Assembly: GCA_950097015.1 (NCBI GenBank)
Contig: CATNEN010000041.1
Location: forward strand, 620,001 to 684,000
Direction: 5' to 3'
DNA: 64,000 bases
DNA from: Macrostomum hystrix
Lineage: Eukaryota > Animalia > Platyhelminthes
Made by a program: the position numbers and the translations under genes. Positions 11,651 to 24,500 of this stretch are shown one piece after another. The stretch's first letter is position 1, and each line of letters begins with the position of its first letter. The notes beneath the pieces were generated by a model. That model had not been told where the DNA came from. It saw nothing but the letters and a program-made list of their open reading frames with translations, and did no database searches.

Positions 11651-14558
11651 ATGTCCAGATTTTTGAAAAGCACGCGGCCTAATGAGCCAGCGCTGAGCCT
11701 CTCATCCTCGGCTGCCGCCGCCCGAGCGCCTGGATCGCGACGCCGCAGCGGCGGAGCTGGCGGCCTTCTGTCAGACTCGGACGAAGATGGCGGCCTTGGT
11801 CGCTCAGACGATGACGAGTCAGCTGAGGCCAGACGGCCACGCGGCATCGGCGGCCAGCCGCTGCCGAAGCAGCGCACCGGCCGAAGTCCGCGTCAAGGGG
11901 CGACTGCTGACTCAGACGCAGCCCGAAAGGCGGGTGGACCCTCAGCGGCTGCGGCAGGCCTTGCTTGGCATCCGCCACAGCAGCGAAAAGCGTCGCTGCA
12001 TAGCCGCGGCTCCGACATCGAGGAAGAGATCGACGAGGAGGCTATCGGTTCCGGCCGAAGTCGCGACTCGTCCTCGTTCCGTTCGAAGTCGCCGCTGATG
12101 AAGACTAAGCGGCCAGGCAAGTCGTCAGAGCCATCACCAGCGCCGGCCGCGCGGTCGCGCTTGTCCAGCTTTGACGAGCCGTCAGCCGCGGCGGACGGTG
12201 GCTCGGACTCGGCGAGGCGTCGCACGTCGAACAGCCGTTCGCCGACGTCTTCGCGACGTGCCGCAGAAGAATCGGCGCCTCCGGAGCCGGCGGCTCGGAA
12301 GGCGCCGCCAGCAGCAAAGCGCGAGGTGTCGGCATCGCCGAAACCGCAAACGCGACGCAGCTCGCCGGGCAGCGCCAAGGACCGGGACTGGGACCGGGGC
12401 TCAGAAAAAGACTGGGACCGAAAGGAGAAAGAAAAGGTGCGAATCGCTGGGTTCTGCTTTTGCTTTGCTTAATATTCTCTGAAAATATGTTGTGATTAAT
12501 TTTTCTTTTTAATGGCTCCACCTTCTTGTGTGGCTTTAGGAAAAAGAAAAGAGCAAGGACAAGTTTATGGACAAGTACAAAGAAAAGGACAAGGACAAAG
12601 ACAAGGACAAGGACAAGCAGAAGGGTGGCAAGCGTCCAACGCTGAACGACGGTCGCGACTATCGGCAGCACCTGCCCGAGTCGGAGCGACGCGCTGCCAG
12701 CGGATCTCGAGGCGGCCCGCTCGACTCGCCGGACGAGTTCGATATTTTCGGCCGAGGCAAGAGGCGAGACGAAATCACCAAGGAGGAGGAAGAGAAGCGC
12801 AAGCAGAAGGAAAAAAAGGAGAAGGAGAAGGCCGGGAGGCAGAGGCGGCGCTCCGGCGAGCGAGGAGGCTCTAGCGACGAGGATGAGCGTCCTAGGCCGC
12901 GACCCCGACGCCAGAGCCCGAGCCCGGAGCGCCCGGAGGCTCGCAAGGAGCGTGAGGAGGCCGAGGCGACTCTGCGCGACCTGTTCGGCCCGGCGCCCGC
13001 GTCCGAGGCCGTCCCGAAGCCGCGCAGCCGCCGCGGTCAGGACGAGGCAGCCCGTCGTTCGGCGGAGGCCGAGGAGGCGGCCTGGCGTCGGCGAAGCTCC
13101 TTCTGCGAGGAACTGGAGGAGGAGCCGGCCACGCGGGAGAAGGAGCGGCAGCGGCGGGAGGCGCTAAAAAAGCAGCGCGAAGAGGAGCTGCAGAAGGAGA
13201 CGCAGAAGAACGCCAAGGACTACAAGGACATCTACCAGGTGGGTAGGAGACGTCTACCAGGTGGGTTGGAGACGTCTACCAGGTGGGTAGGGGACATCTA
13301 CCAGGTGGTTAGGGGACGTCTACCAGGTGGGTTGGGGACGTCTACCAGGTGGTTTGGGGACGTCTACCAGTTATTTTTGGTACATCTACCCAGGGTATCA
13401 CCTAGATGGCGAAAAGCGATAGTTAAGTTGGTTGCTAAACCTTCTTATCGAAACTTTCCCCCGACGACCCCACGCAGGTGGAAGACGCCCAGACGCCGGC
13501 CGAGGCTGTTGCCAAGGTGATCAGCGGCCAGGCGGAGCGGGAGCGGGCCGAGGCGGAGCGGAAGCAGGCCCGAGACAAGCACCTACGCGTGCTGCGGCCT
13601 AGGACAGCGTCAGCTAAGGCCCGCGTGGAAACTCGGCCTCCACGCCACCTCCTGCCAGGTAGGATGAGGGCCTCTCACTTGATAATTACGAGCGTATTGA
13701 GCTCATTTGAACAGCGAGTTTGAATCTGCCTAATTGATCGGGTTCCAGGTACGGCCAGTGCTAACCTGGAGTCCAGCACCATCAACTTCACGGACTCCAA
13801 CACCATCAGGCAGTCGGTGTTCGCCGACTGGTACGCGGCAAAGATGGCCATGGCCCGAGAGCAGCGCAAGGCCGAGCAGGCTAGCCAGCGCCAGGAGGTC
13901 GAGAAGAAGAAGGCCGAGGAAGCCGAGAAAAAGTCCGTGGGCAAGGCGGCGTTCGAGAGCTGGCTTAAGCAGAAGCAGGAGACCAAAAAGAAGGTGGGTT
14001 GGTCCCAGATTGGGGTGGTGGGTTTAGGCCAGATTGAGGTTTTATGCTTTTTCACCAGTCTTCATGCGCTGATTCGCTTCAACCCGTGCAATCCTCACGC
14101 AGAAGGATCCGAAGAAGACCTCGCCGGAAGAAGAGAAGGAGAAGGAGAAGGAGAAGGAGGTCTCAATCATCGCATTCGCCAGGTGGCGCGAGCAGAAGGA
14201 GCAGACCAAGAAGGAGAAGGAGGAGGAGCTGCGCCGACAGAAGCGAAAGGAGCGCCGCGAGAAGGCCGAGCAGGAGAGGCGAAAGAAGGAGGAGTCGCAG
14301 GCGAGGGTGGAGAAATGGCAGAAGGAGAAGGAGAAGCAGCTGCAGCTGGAGAAGCAGCGGGCCTCTGACACGGCGCGAGATCGCGAGGTGGAGCGGCTGA
14401 AGGAGGAGGAGGAGAAGCAGCGTCAGGCCCGCGAGGCTTTCCTGGAGTGGAGCCGGAAGAAGGACGATGTCGAGACGAACCAAGCGACTCAGAGCCTGTC
14501 GGCTTCGTCGACGCAACGGCGAGCCTGGCGACCCAACTCGACCTCGAGAATCCGATGA
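11651..14558 (+). CDS. MAP9: MAP9-like coiled-coil microtubule-associated protein (long copy), 5 exons, about 788 aa
   Basis: Exons 11651-12436, 12540-13238, 13478-13658, 13749-13993, 14103-14558, phase-consistent. S/R/D/E-rich N-terminus, then charged helices punctuated by F-x-x-W motifs (IRQSVFADWYAAK, AAFESWLKQK, IAFARWREQK, EAFLEWSRKK), ending RAWRPNSTSRIR. This pattern resembles the MAP9/ASAP C-terminal domain as I recall it. Confidence 0.65.
13225..13395. repeat. 22-bp array spanning a splice donor (GACGTCTACCAG/GTGGGTAGG[A/G])
   Basis: Starts in the exon 2 end of the MAP9-like gene; about 6-7 copies. Confidence 0.9.
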
Positions 14559-14702
14559 TTCAGTTTCCTTCCTATTATTGGCTATTACAGACCTGCCCTA
14601 AAAAATTGTTTATAATAGGCTCGTACTCATGCATTGTTTCATATTGACTTATTTCGAAAATTAAGACTAAATTTCAAATCGCATCCTTCTGCAGTTAACT
14701 TC

Positions 14703-15090
14703 GGGAGTGTGGTGGTGGGTGAGAAGTGTCGAGGAGTGAGGTGGTGGGTGAGAAGTGTCGAGGAGTGAGGTGGTGGTTGTGAAGTGTCGGGGAGTGAGGT
14801 GGTGGTTGTGAAGTGTCGGGGAGTGAGGTGGTGGTTGCGAAGTGTCGAGGAGTGAGGTGGTGGTTGTGAAGTGTCGGGGAGTGAGGTGGTGGTTGTGAAG
14901 TGTCGGGGAGTGAGGTGGTGGTTGCGAAGTGTCGTGGAGTGAGGTGGTGGTTGTGAAGTGTCGGGGAGTGAGGTGGTGGTTGCGAAGTGTCGAGGAGTGA
15001 GGTGGTGGTTGTGAAGTGTCGGGGAGTGAGGTGGTGGTTGTGAAGAGTCGGGGAGTGAGGTGGTGGATATGAAGTGTCGGGGAGTGAGTG
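14703..15090. repeat. 29-bp minisatellite (GGGGAGTGAGGTGGTGGTTGTGAAGTGTC), about 13 copies
   Basis: Read directly; just downstream of the long MAP9-like stop. Confidence 0.95.
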
Positions 15091-15761
15091 TCGGGCTATG
15101 CCTTTCAGTTCATTACTAGATTGTGTAGAATGGACAGGCAAAATGCATCAGCCATTTTCACACTGACGCATACAGAAATATTTGAACCATATTATATTTT
15201 ACTATACCCTTTATCTGTCTCCCTTCTGATCGTTTATTTTAAAAAGGCAGGCCCTAAATTTGCTGTCTGATTGCAAACCCAGGTCAGACCCAATATGATT
15301 TTTGTGGACGGCAATCAGGCAATTCATCAACAATTCACATTTCATCTATTGCAAAACTATAAAAAGCTGTATATTTCTATTAGTTACATGCTGGCCTACT
15401 AAAAATTAATACCTATAATCTTGTTGTTGTGTCTTCAAACTCATTTAGCCTCACTGTGTTCCCCTGTGTTACCAGAGCACAATGCTGAATATTTAACTGT
15501 CTTCTGAGTTACTGAGCACATAATTGTGGCCACAGTGCTTATTTTTCTGACACTCTGAGAATTTCTGCATGTAAAATGTTACATTTTCGTAGTGACTTTT
15601 CTGTTCCTGCCATACGAGTAAACGGTAAATATTTTCTAATAAAAATTGACACCAGGATACCGCCAGCACCCACCTGTCTAAGAACATGGCGCGTACATTG
15701 TCTATTAACGGAACGTAACAGAGTTTTGTCAAATTCTTTTTCTTAGACTGACTAGCGAGCC

Positions 15762-16190
15762 AGGGAGTGAGATGGCTGTGGAAGGAGGTTAGGGAGTGAG
15801 ATGGCTATAGAAGATTAGGAAGTGAGATGCCTGTGGAAGGTTAGGGAGTGAGATGGCTGTGGACGGTTAAGGAGTGAGGTGGCTGTGGAAAGTTAGGGAG
15901 TGAGATGGCTGTGGAAGGTTAAGGAGTGAGGTGCCTGTGGAAAGTTAGGGAGTGAGGTGGCTGTGGAAGGTTAAGGAGTGAGGTGCCTGTGGAAAGTTAG
16001 GGAGTGAGGTGGCTGTGGAAGGTTAAGGAGTGAGGTGGCTGTGGGAGTAAGATTGCTGTAGAAGGTTAGGGAGTGAGGTGGCTGTGGGAGTAAGATTGCT
16101 GTAGAAGTTTTAGGGAGTGAAGTGGCTGTGGGAGTAAGATTGCTGTAGAAGTTTTAGGGAGTGAGGTGGCTGTGGATAGTTAAGGAGTGA
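15762..16190. repeat. ~26-bp degenerate minisatellite (GGAGTGAGGTGGCTGTGGAAGGTTA[A/G])
   Basis: Read directly; between the two MAP9-like genes. Confidence 0.9.
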
Positions 16191-16599
16191 GAAAATCGTG
16201 CATGTTATTAGATTTTGTTGTAAAGCTGTGATCATTTTGCAGGCTTTTTGCAAAACTGCTGTTTTATACAGGCGAAAATACATCGAAAATACAAGCTGCT
16301 TTGCTGTTTTCCTTTTAGTGTATTCCATCATCTGTGAAAGTCATTTAAGTAAAACTTTGTCCATGCAGGCACAAATTACCAATCCCTCATGAATGCAATA
16401 GAAACTCATTAGACCAGGCAGCAAGAGCAGAAGAGAGCAGAGTGCATGGAGACTGTACAGAGCATGTGGTAGGCCAAATGCGACTGTAATTTGTATGGGT
16501 AGAAAAGAGTAGAGCCGCAGTTTCAATCGATGTACATGCTGGTGTTTCTCTGTTCACTTTTCTCTCCCAACTTTGATCTCTACCCCGCAGCTTGAATTA

Positions 16600-16613
16600 G
16601 TTGCCACAGCAAC
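16600..16613. promoter_or_regulatory. RFX X-box-like palindrome upstream of the short MAP9-like gene
   Basis: GTTGCCACAGCAAC fits GTNRCC-N(0-3)-RGYAAC. A second near-match GCGTCCATAGCAAC lies at 16777-16790. Confidence 0.5.
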
Positions 16614-16830
16614 GTCTCGCGTCGTAGGGCTACATTTGAGAAGCAAAGAATGAACATGTTTTAGGCTTGAGCCGCTATTGCAAGCAAGAAGATTCCAGAA
16701 AATATTGTTGAATACAGAAACATATTCTTCCGAGGACGAGGCAAGAAAGCGAAAAGCGATGTATGGCAACGCAAACGCGTCCATAGCAACCACAGCAGCA
16801 CTATGCAATATGCTTGCTCCAGTCTACTCT

Positions 16831-17781
16831 ATGGATGAGTCCTGCATGCTCTGGCGGGAATTCGCTGCACTGATGCTCAACCCGCAGCCATCCGAGCCGA
16901 AGATCGATGGTTTCTATGACAACAGTGCATCGTCGGAGAATGAAAAGCAGTGCATTGTTCAAAGGTTCGAGGGCTCCGCTGCCCTGGTCAGGCAGGAGGT
17001 GTTCGACCAGTGGCTCGCCGCGAAGAGACGCTCGGGCGGTCTGGTCGGCGCTGCGTCAGCCAGGGCGGCTGCGGAGGCGTCGGCCATGGCGGCCGCGGCG
17101 GAGGAGAAGCGGAGAAAGTTGGAGGAAGGACAGGCGGCCTACGCCAGCTGGCTGCAGGGGAAGCAGAGGCTGGACTCTGGGGTAAGCTGTCTGGGGAATA
17201 AAGTCCATTTTTATCATTAGCAAATTGCCATTCTCAATGACAACAGAGTCTCACAGAGATTTCAAGAATGGCGAATCTCAGATATTATTTTAAACTCTAA
17301 CAAAAATGACGAAACGATAGGGCAAAAAGGCGTCAAAGCAAAGCAACAGCAGGCGGAACCGGAACAACGGCAGCAGAAGTCTGCGAGCGCTGAGGCAGCC
17401 ATCGCTGGGTGGCGTCAGCGCAAGGACGCCGAGCTGGCCGAGCGCCAGCGCGGAGAACGGCAGCGCCGTGTGGAGGCAGCGCGCGCCAAGGAGGCGGCGG
17501 ATGCAGAGAGACGCGAGACAGCGGCAAGCGCAGCGGCAGCTTGGTTAGAGCGCAAAGAGGCAGCAGAGAAAGAGCGACGGTCAGCTCAAATCTCAGCGAC
17601 GCGGCAAGTTTCCAGCGACCAACAGAGATTGCAAGAGGAGAAATGTGCCAGTTCCAGTAGAGCTTTCCATGAATGGGCTAGCAAAAAGCAGCAACAGCAA
17701 GCTGAAACGGCAGACCCAGATGGCATGGCCAAGAAGAGCCTGAGAGCTTGGCGACCGAATTCTACTAACAGAAAAAAATAG
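16831..17781 (+). CDS. Short MAP9-like paralogue, 2 exons
   Basis: Exons 16831 (or upstream ATG 16759)-17181 and 17257-17781, phase 0 join. Motifs VRQEVFDQWLAAK, AAYASWLQGK, RFQEWR, AAAAWLERK, RAFHEWASKK; ends RAWRPNSTNRKK, nearly identical to the upstream gene. Start codon uncertain. Confidence 0.7.
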
Positions 17782-18519
17782 TCATTACTGCTAGATAACA
17801 CGAAGTGCATGATTAGATTTATTTTTTGTCGACATGAGTGTTTATTGTGTTTATGTGAGTATTCTACAAGTCAATCCTAAAGTGATAGTAAATAGTAAAA
17901 AAGGCCCGTAAAATTCCCACGTGTTAATTTGCTGGAATTTTTGCTTTACAGTCATAAACCAAAAGCTTCACATTATGTTTTTTAAATGAAGCCTGGCATA
18001 AGGCTTACATCATTTTAATTTTTTACTGGTACTTTTTATGTTATTTAGAGCACTAATATAAAGAAAGACAGAAAAGTATGAATATCAAGAACAGAAATGA
18101 GCTTCAGAACTAAGTGGATAAAAGTTTTTTTGCTCGGCTTGTTTGATATGTGGAAAAAGAAAACTGCGGACTTCAAATGAGGTCGTTCGTTATTTCAAAC
18201 AAACAAATTGGACGTAAAAATGCACGCGGAAGTCCTGATAATTTAATATTGCATTGCTAAAAAGTACACTAAACTTTTTAGACTACAAATAACAATTTTA
18301 AGCGCAGTTTTATATGGCGTGGTCTATATTTTCATCGTTACTTTTTGAAATTTTACCTTTTGCCATAATTACTGAGTCAAACGATAATAAAAACATTTAT
18401 GTACATATTGCATAGTTTGTACACTGGTGTAAAGATTTACAAAAAAACTTGTGTTGCTGATTTTAAGCTTTTTAAATAAAACTTAAGTAATTATTTACTA
18501 CTATGTAAAATCTGACACC

Positions 18520-21500
18520 ATGACACACGACTTGAACCTGGATGTTCCAGGTAAGTATGACTGCATGAATCGGAAATTCTTACGAATGAAGTGAAGGCCG
18601 ATCAAAAATATTTTTAAAATGTTTGTAATACGTTGCAGAATTTTTCAAATATGGTTTGCTATTCAAGAAAAAATTAACTTTCAATATAATTATTTTAGAA
18701 ACTTGAATTTACTCTTGAATTTTTGCCTTTGCATAAATTCTGCGATAGTAAGTCTAGAACATTTTCTAGACTCTCAGATAATTTTTTATACAAATTATGT
18801 ATTATTCTGCTGCTTATATATATAAGTTCAATTAAATACAGGAAGTTTCTTTTTTCAGTACATTTATTCGATTTTTTTGTGCTGAAGTGAGGAAGGATGG
18901 GCATAAAAGCAGGAAATGAAGTTATATATTCATTTTAGTGATTTTAGTATAAATGAAAACTTTAATATAATGTTTTAATTCTTGTCAATATAGCTAAACA
19001 CATGTTAGTCTTTATATCTTAGTATTAAAAACGACAAACTAACAGCTGTTTTAATATACTAATATAGTAAATTTTAGATCCGCTACTACCTTTTAATAAA
19101 ACATTTTTACTTGCTTTTATGCTAGTGGTCTACTTTTCTTCTTCTTTTATTTATTAAAAACTCCTTTGCTCCTATTTTATTTTTTAGCAAAATCACTTTT
19201 ATCATTAATAAACATTCTGTTAATGGAAAAAACTATCAAAGCACTAACAAGCTTAAAAGTTCTTATTCTGTCAGTAAGATCCGGTAAAAAATTAAAGGGG
19301 GATTGTAAAAATGTATATGTTCACTCTAGACTCTTAACTAACTCCAGGCCTCAAATTCCTTAAGAAGCAGTTTGGAATTTTGAGCACATTGTAAGAGGCA
19401 TAGCAAGCATTTTTGTGAGACTGAATGTGAGGGGTGAGAAAATGTTAAGAAAATGTAAAATGTTAAAACCGATGTCCGATCAGAGTTGACGATTAAAACT
19501 CGAACCGCAGACAGCGGCGCCGTCTTCGCGTTCGGCAAAAGCGTGCCGCCGAAATTCTACATTCGCAACGACAGCGTCGTGTCGGCGGCCTGCGGCGAGG
19601 GCCACGCGCTGGTGGCCACCTCCTCTGGCCGGGTGTTCGCCTTCGGCCAAAACGACTATGGCCAGCTGGGGCTCGGGCACCGGAACCCGCAGCTCAAGCC
19701 CGCCTGCGTGAAGCGGCTCCGCGAGGCCAACCATCGGGCGCTGAGGGTGGCCTGCGGCCCAACGCACTCGCTGGTGGCGCTGGAGGGCGGCGGCTTCTAC
19801 GGCTTCGGGAACAACTCGGACGGCCAGCTGATTGGCGAGTCGGCCGACTGGCCGGAGCCTGTGGAGCTGAAGCACCTGGCCGGCAAGGAGGTCAAGGAGC
19901 TCGTGGCCGGGCGCTCGTTCAGCCTGCTGCTCACTAAGCAGGGTGAGTGAAAGTGAGAAAGAACATGCTTTTAATAAATTTGAGCCTTCAGATACTAAAA
20001 CAGCGGGTCTCCGATGAGATTTGATTTAAGACTGCTCAAACATAGAGACTGCTCAAACACCAGAGACTGCTCAAAAACCAGAGACTCCTCAAAAACCAGA
20101 GACTGCTCAAACACCAGAGACTGCTCAAACACCAGTTCTGTCGCATCCTCGAACCCAGGGGAGCTGTTCGCCTGGGGCTCCAACGCCGAGGGCTGCCTTG
20201 GCCAGGGCGCCGGACTCGAAGAATCTCGCGACGTCCTCGTCCAGGTGGAGCTGCCCGACCGCGCGGTGTCGGTTGCGGCCGGGGCCTATCACGTTGTCTG
20301 CGTTGTGGCCGGCGGCCAGGTCTACGCCTGGGGCGAGAGCGAGGGCGGCAAGCTGGGCCTGCCGGGTTCCGAGGAGTACTTCTACACGCCGCAGCGGGTG
20401 CGCCGCGCCTCGGTTTGGCTGGTTTATTTTTTGAGGATCCAACGGAATCGCACTTGGGGGAATCCCGCACAATCAACAAAAGATAATCCATGAGTATACA
20501 AACGAGTTAGAATCATGATATTCAGAGGAAGCACGCCACCTAAAAAATGGAATCCAGGCAGGGTTAAAAAATAGGAATCATGAAATCCCCTTGGGGAAAG
20601 ACCACGGGCTATTTCAAATACCCCCTTCCTACTTCACGATGGCTCCCAAACCGAATCACTGATTTCCGTAAAAGTCCACCATTTGCATCAAAATTTTCCG
20701 CCCTATGCGAAGAATAAATTTTCAAAGCCGTCCGACGATAGCATCGTCGAGATATTCAGCGGTTCTTGTTGAAGGCCCTGGTGACAAGAACAAGTAACAT
20801 CGCTCTGAATCTGTTCAAAAAATAGATATTAAAATTTAATCATGGGTACGGGTATAGCACGGGCATTTGAAATAACCCGTTGTTAAGGAGAATTCCATCG
20901 GTGAGAATCCCATCTCCTTAGGGGAATCCCATCAGGAAATCCCACCGATGTGAATCCCATCTGGGGAATACCACCTAAGGAAAATTGCAACACGATGGAA
21001 TCCGAAGTGTGCCCTGTTTTAGGGTTCAGCAGGATTTTTTTCTTAAGTTAAAATTCAATCGCGCTGATTCAGTTTGATTCAAAATAAAAAAAATAATAAT
21101 AACAGGTTCCATTGCCGGACGGCCAGATGGCTCGCTCCGTGGCCTGCGGGCTGCAGCACACGCTGGTTCTTACAGAGGCCGGTCGCCTGGTCTCCTGCGG
21201 CACCGGCGAATGCGGCCAGCTTGGCCTGGGCACCGACCGGCTCTATGCGCCACTCTTGACGCCTGTGGTCGCTGTTGACGATGTGGAACTGACCAGTGAG
21301 AAAATTCTAGAGTTTAGCATGCATGAAAACACCAATACACTCTCATTGTACGCATTTTGCTTCAGAGCCCACCTCACTCCCTACCCTCAGCACCCATAGC
21401 CTCACTACCTACACCCAGCACCAACCACCTCACTGCCTTACCCTTACTCCCTACCCTCAGCAACCCAACCTCACTCCCTACCCTCGGCACAACTACCTCA

Positions 21501-24500
21501 CTCCCTTACCCTCAGCACCCACCTCACTCCCTATCATCGGCACCCACCACCTCACTCCCTTACCCTCAGCACACACCCCATTCCCTAACATCGGCACAAC
21601 TACCTCACTCCCTTACCCTCAGCACCCACCCCACTCCTACCCTCAGCACCCACCACCACACTCCCTTACCCTCAGCACCCACTCCATTCCCTAAAATCGG
21701 CACCCACCACCTCACTCCATTACACCCAGCTACCGCTACCTCAAAAAATCTTAAGGCATATCGGCAGGCGAGCGACACTCGGCATGCGTGAGCGGCCGGT
21801 CCGGACACCTCTTCACCTTCGGCGACGCCCTGCACGGCAAGCTCGGACCCGTGTCACGCCGCGGCCAGACCAATCAGTACCGGCCGTTTCGCACGGAGGC
21901 TCTTGCCCGATTGCGCGTCCGCCGAGCCGTTTGCGGCACCTTGCTAACCCTGGTGCTGGCGGCGCCGAGGTCGCCGGACGATCCGGAACTGGCTGCTCTG
22001 GTGGCCGCCGAAGGCGAAGTCCCCTTTCTGGCGGACGATCCTCTCGATCCGATTTCGGCGATGAGCCCGCGGCCGCTGTCACGCAACCTGGCGGCAACGA
22101 TGCCCAGCCCGGTTGAGTCAGACGGCCTGTCTGCCACACTGCTGCTGCGCCGGAGCACCCGCTCCCGGATGAAGTACCACGAGTCCAACCGCCAATCGCT
22201 GGGCCCGACTGACAGCGTGGACGGGGGAGGTGCAAATGGTGACCTTGGCAACTTTGCGGCAACCTTTGATCTGCTGCGCCCAGTGAAGCGTAAGTGAGAG
22301 GCATGCACTGCCCACTGAGCCCACCACCCACTGAGCCCAACACCCACTGAGCCCAACACCCACTGAGCCCAACACCCACTGAGCCCAACACCCACTGAGC
22401 CCAACACCCACTGAGCCCACCACCCACTGAGCCCACCACCCACTGAGCCCACCACCCACTGAGCCCAACACCCACTGAGCCCAACACCCACTGAGCCCAA
22501 CACCCACTGAGCCCAACACCCACTGAGCCCACCACCCACTGAGCCCACCACCCACTGAGCCCAACACCCACTGAGCCCAACACCCACTGAGGTGGATCAG
22601 CAATTCAATATTGTTACCCTAGAAGCACTTTCAAATTTTAGACGCGAAAAAATCAACTGCCGAAGAAGAAATAATTCAAACAAAGGTGAGACTAATTTGG
22701 GAAAGGATATCTGAATCTGAATACAGCTTCCGAGAGTCGGGTTTGAGCTGTCAGTCTGGGAATCTGATGCCCGCCCGCAGACCCAGTCGGCAACTGAGTG
22801 CCAGCCCGGCGTCCTTATCGACTCGCCAACTCATGGCGGCAGTGCTAAGGCAGCCGAGCCAGAGACTAGCGACACAGTCGAAGACGGGCCTATACCACCG
22901 CATGTGATGGCCATCACCCAGGTGAGATCAGGGATCGGAGATCAGGGATCGGAGATCAGGGATCGGAGATCAGGGATCGGAGATCAGGGATCGGAGATCA
23001 GGGATCGGAGATCAGGGATCGGAGATCAGGGATCGGAGATCAGGGATCGGAGATCAGGGATCGGAGATCAGGGATCGGAGATCAGGGATCGGAGATCAGG
23101 GATCGGAGATCAGGGATCGGAGATCAGGGATCGGAGATCAGGGATCGGAGATCAGGGATCGGAGATCAGGGATCGGAGATCAGGGATCGGAGATCAGGGA
23201 TCGGAGATCAGGGATCGGAGATCAGGGATCGGAGATCAGGGATCGGAGATCAGGGATCGGAGATCAGGGATCGGAGATCAGGGATCGGAGATCAGGGATC
23301 GGAGATCAGGGATCGGAGATCAGGGATCGGAGATCAGGGATCGGAGATCAGGGATCGGAGATCAGGGATCGGAGATCAGGGATCGGAGATCAGGGATCGG
23401 AGATCAGGGATCGGAGATCAGGGATCGGAGATCAGGGATCGGAGATCAGGGATCGGAGATCAGGGATCGGAGATCAGGGATCGGAGATCAGGGATCGGAG
23501 ATCAGGGATCGGAGATCAGGGATCGGAGATCAGGGATCGGAGATCAGGGATCGGAGATCAGGGATCGGAGATCAGGGATCGGAGATCAGGGATCGGTGAT
23601 CAGGGATCGGAGATCAGGGATCGGAGATCAGGGATCGGAGATCAGGGATCGGAGATCAGGGATCGGAGATCAGGGATCGGAGATCAGGGATCGGAGATCA
23701 GGGATCGGAGATCAGGGATCGGAGATCAGGGATCGGAGATCTAATCTGAAAAATCCAAACTCCAGTTCGACAACCTGCTGGAGCCACCTGGCGAGCTATC
23801 GCCGGACACCGAGGAAGACCAGGCAGCTGAGGCGGAGGTCAAGGAGTTGGTGAAACCGTTGCCAAGAAAGCGAATTGAGACAAAGGTATGCATCTGTATG
23901 GAAAGCAAGCGGCTGAAGCATTAGCCTTTGTCTAATATTAGAAGCACAAAACCGATGTCCAGGTGAAAGTTGCCGACCAAGAGGATGATGCGACCTACGC
24001 CGATTTGACAGCACCGAAGAAGAAGGGCAGCGGAAAACGACGTCGACCTAAGCTGCCGCCGCCGCCGCAGCTGCCGCCGCCGCAGCTGCCTCCGCCCTCT
24101 CAGCAGTTTGCTGCCCAGGTATGAGGGCCGTTTTTACTTGCTGGCACCAAGCAGCGAAGTCACAATGCGCTACCATTCTTGCAGACTCAGAAGCTGCCAC
24201 AGCAGCAGCCTGCTCCAGCAGCATCAGCAGCGGCAGCAGCAGCACCAGCAGCAGTAGCATCGGCGGCGGCAACCCAGGCAAAGCCAGCGAATGCTGCTGG
24301 AACGGAAACGTCGGTGGCAGCAGCGGCGCCGCCAGCGACAGAGGCTCCGCAGCAGACGCCGCCTGCACCGCAGCCGATTGCTGAAGGCACCGCTCCGCCA
24401 GCGGGCCTGGCCAAGGGCGTTGGCTGTGGCCGGGGGCGACGGCAACCTCCGCCAGCATCCGCGACGCCCGTCGAAACAGCCGGAGCTGCCGTATGCGTGG

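Noticed and set aside
11644-14516. Overlapping antisense ORFs across GC-rich exons (also in the NCAPD2, ankyrin and FYVE exons)
   Set aside because: Expected shadow ORFs of GC-rich, low-complexity coding sequence.
17321-17350. Acceptor at 17320 for exon 2 of the short MAP9-like gene
   Set aside because: Gives the wrong frame. The acceptor at 17256 is phase 0 and adds a matching FQEWR motif.
22904-23853. (GIGDQGSEIRDRRS)n ORF as an RPGR ORF15-like exon
   Set aside because: It is the 14-bp intronic array. A good donor (22921/22922) and acceptor (23765/23766) bracket it in phase 0.
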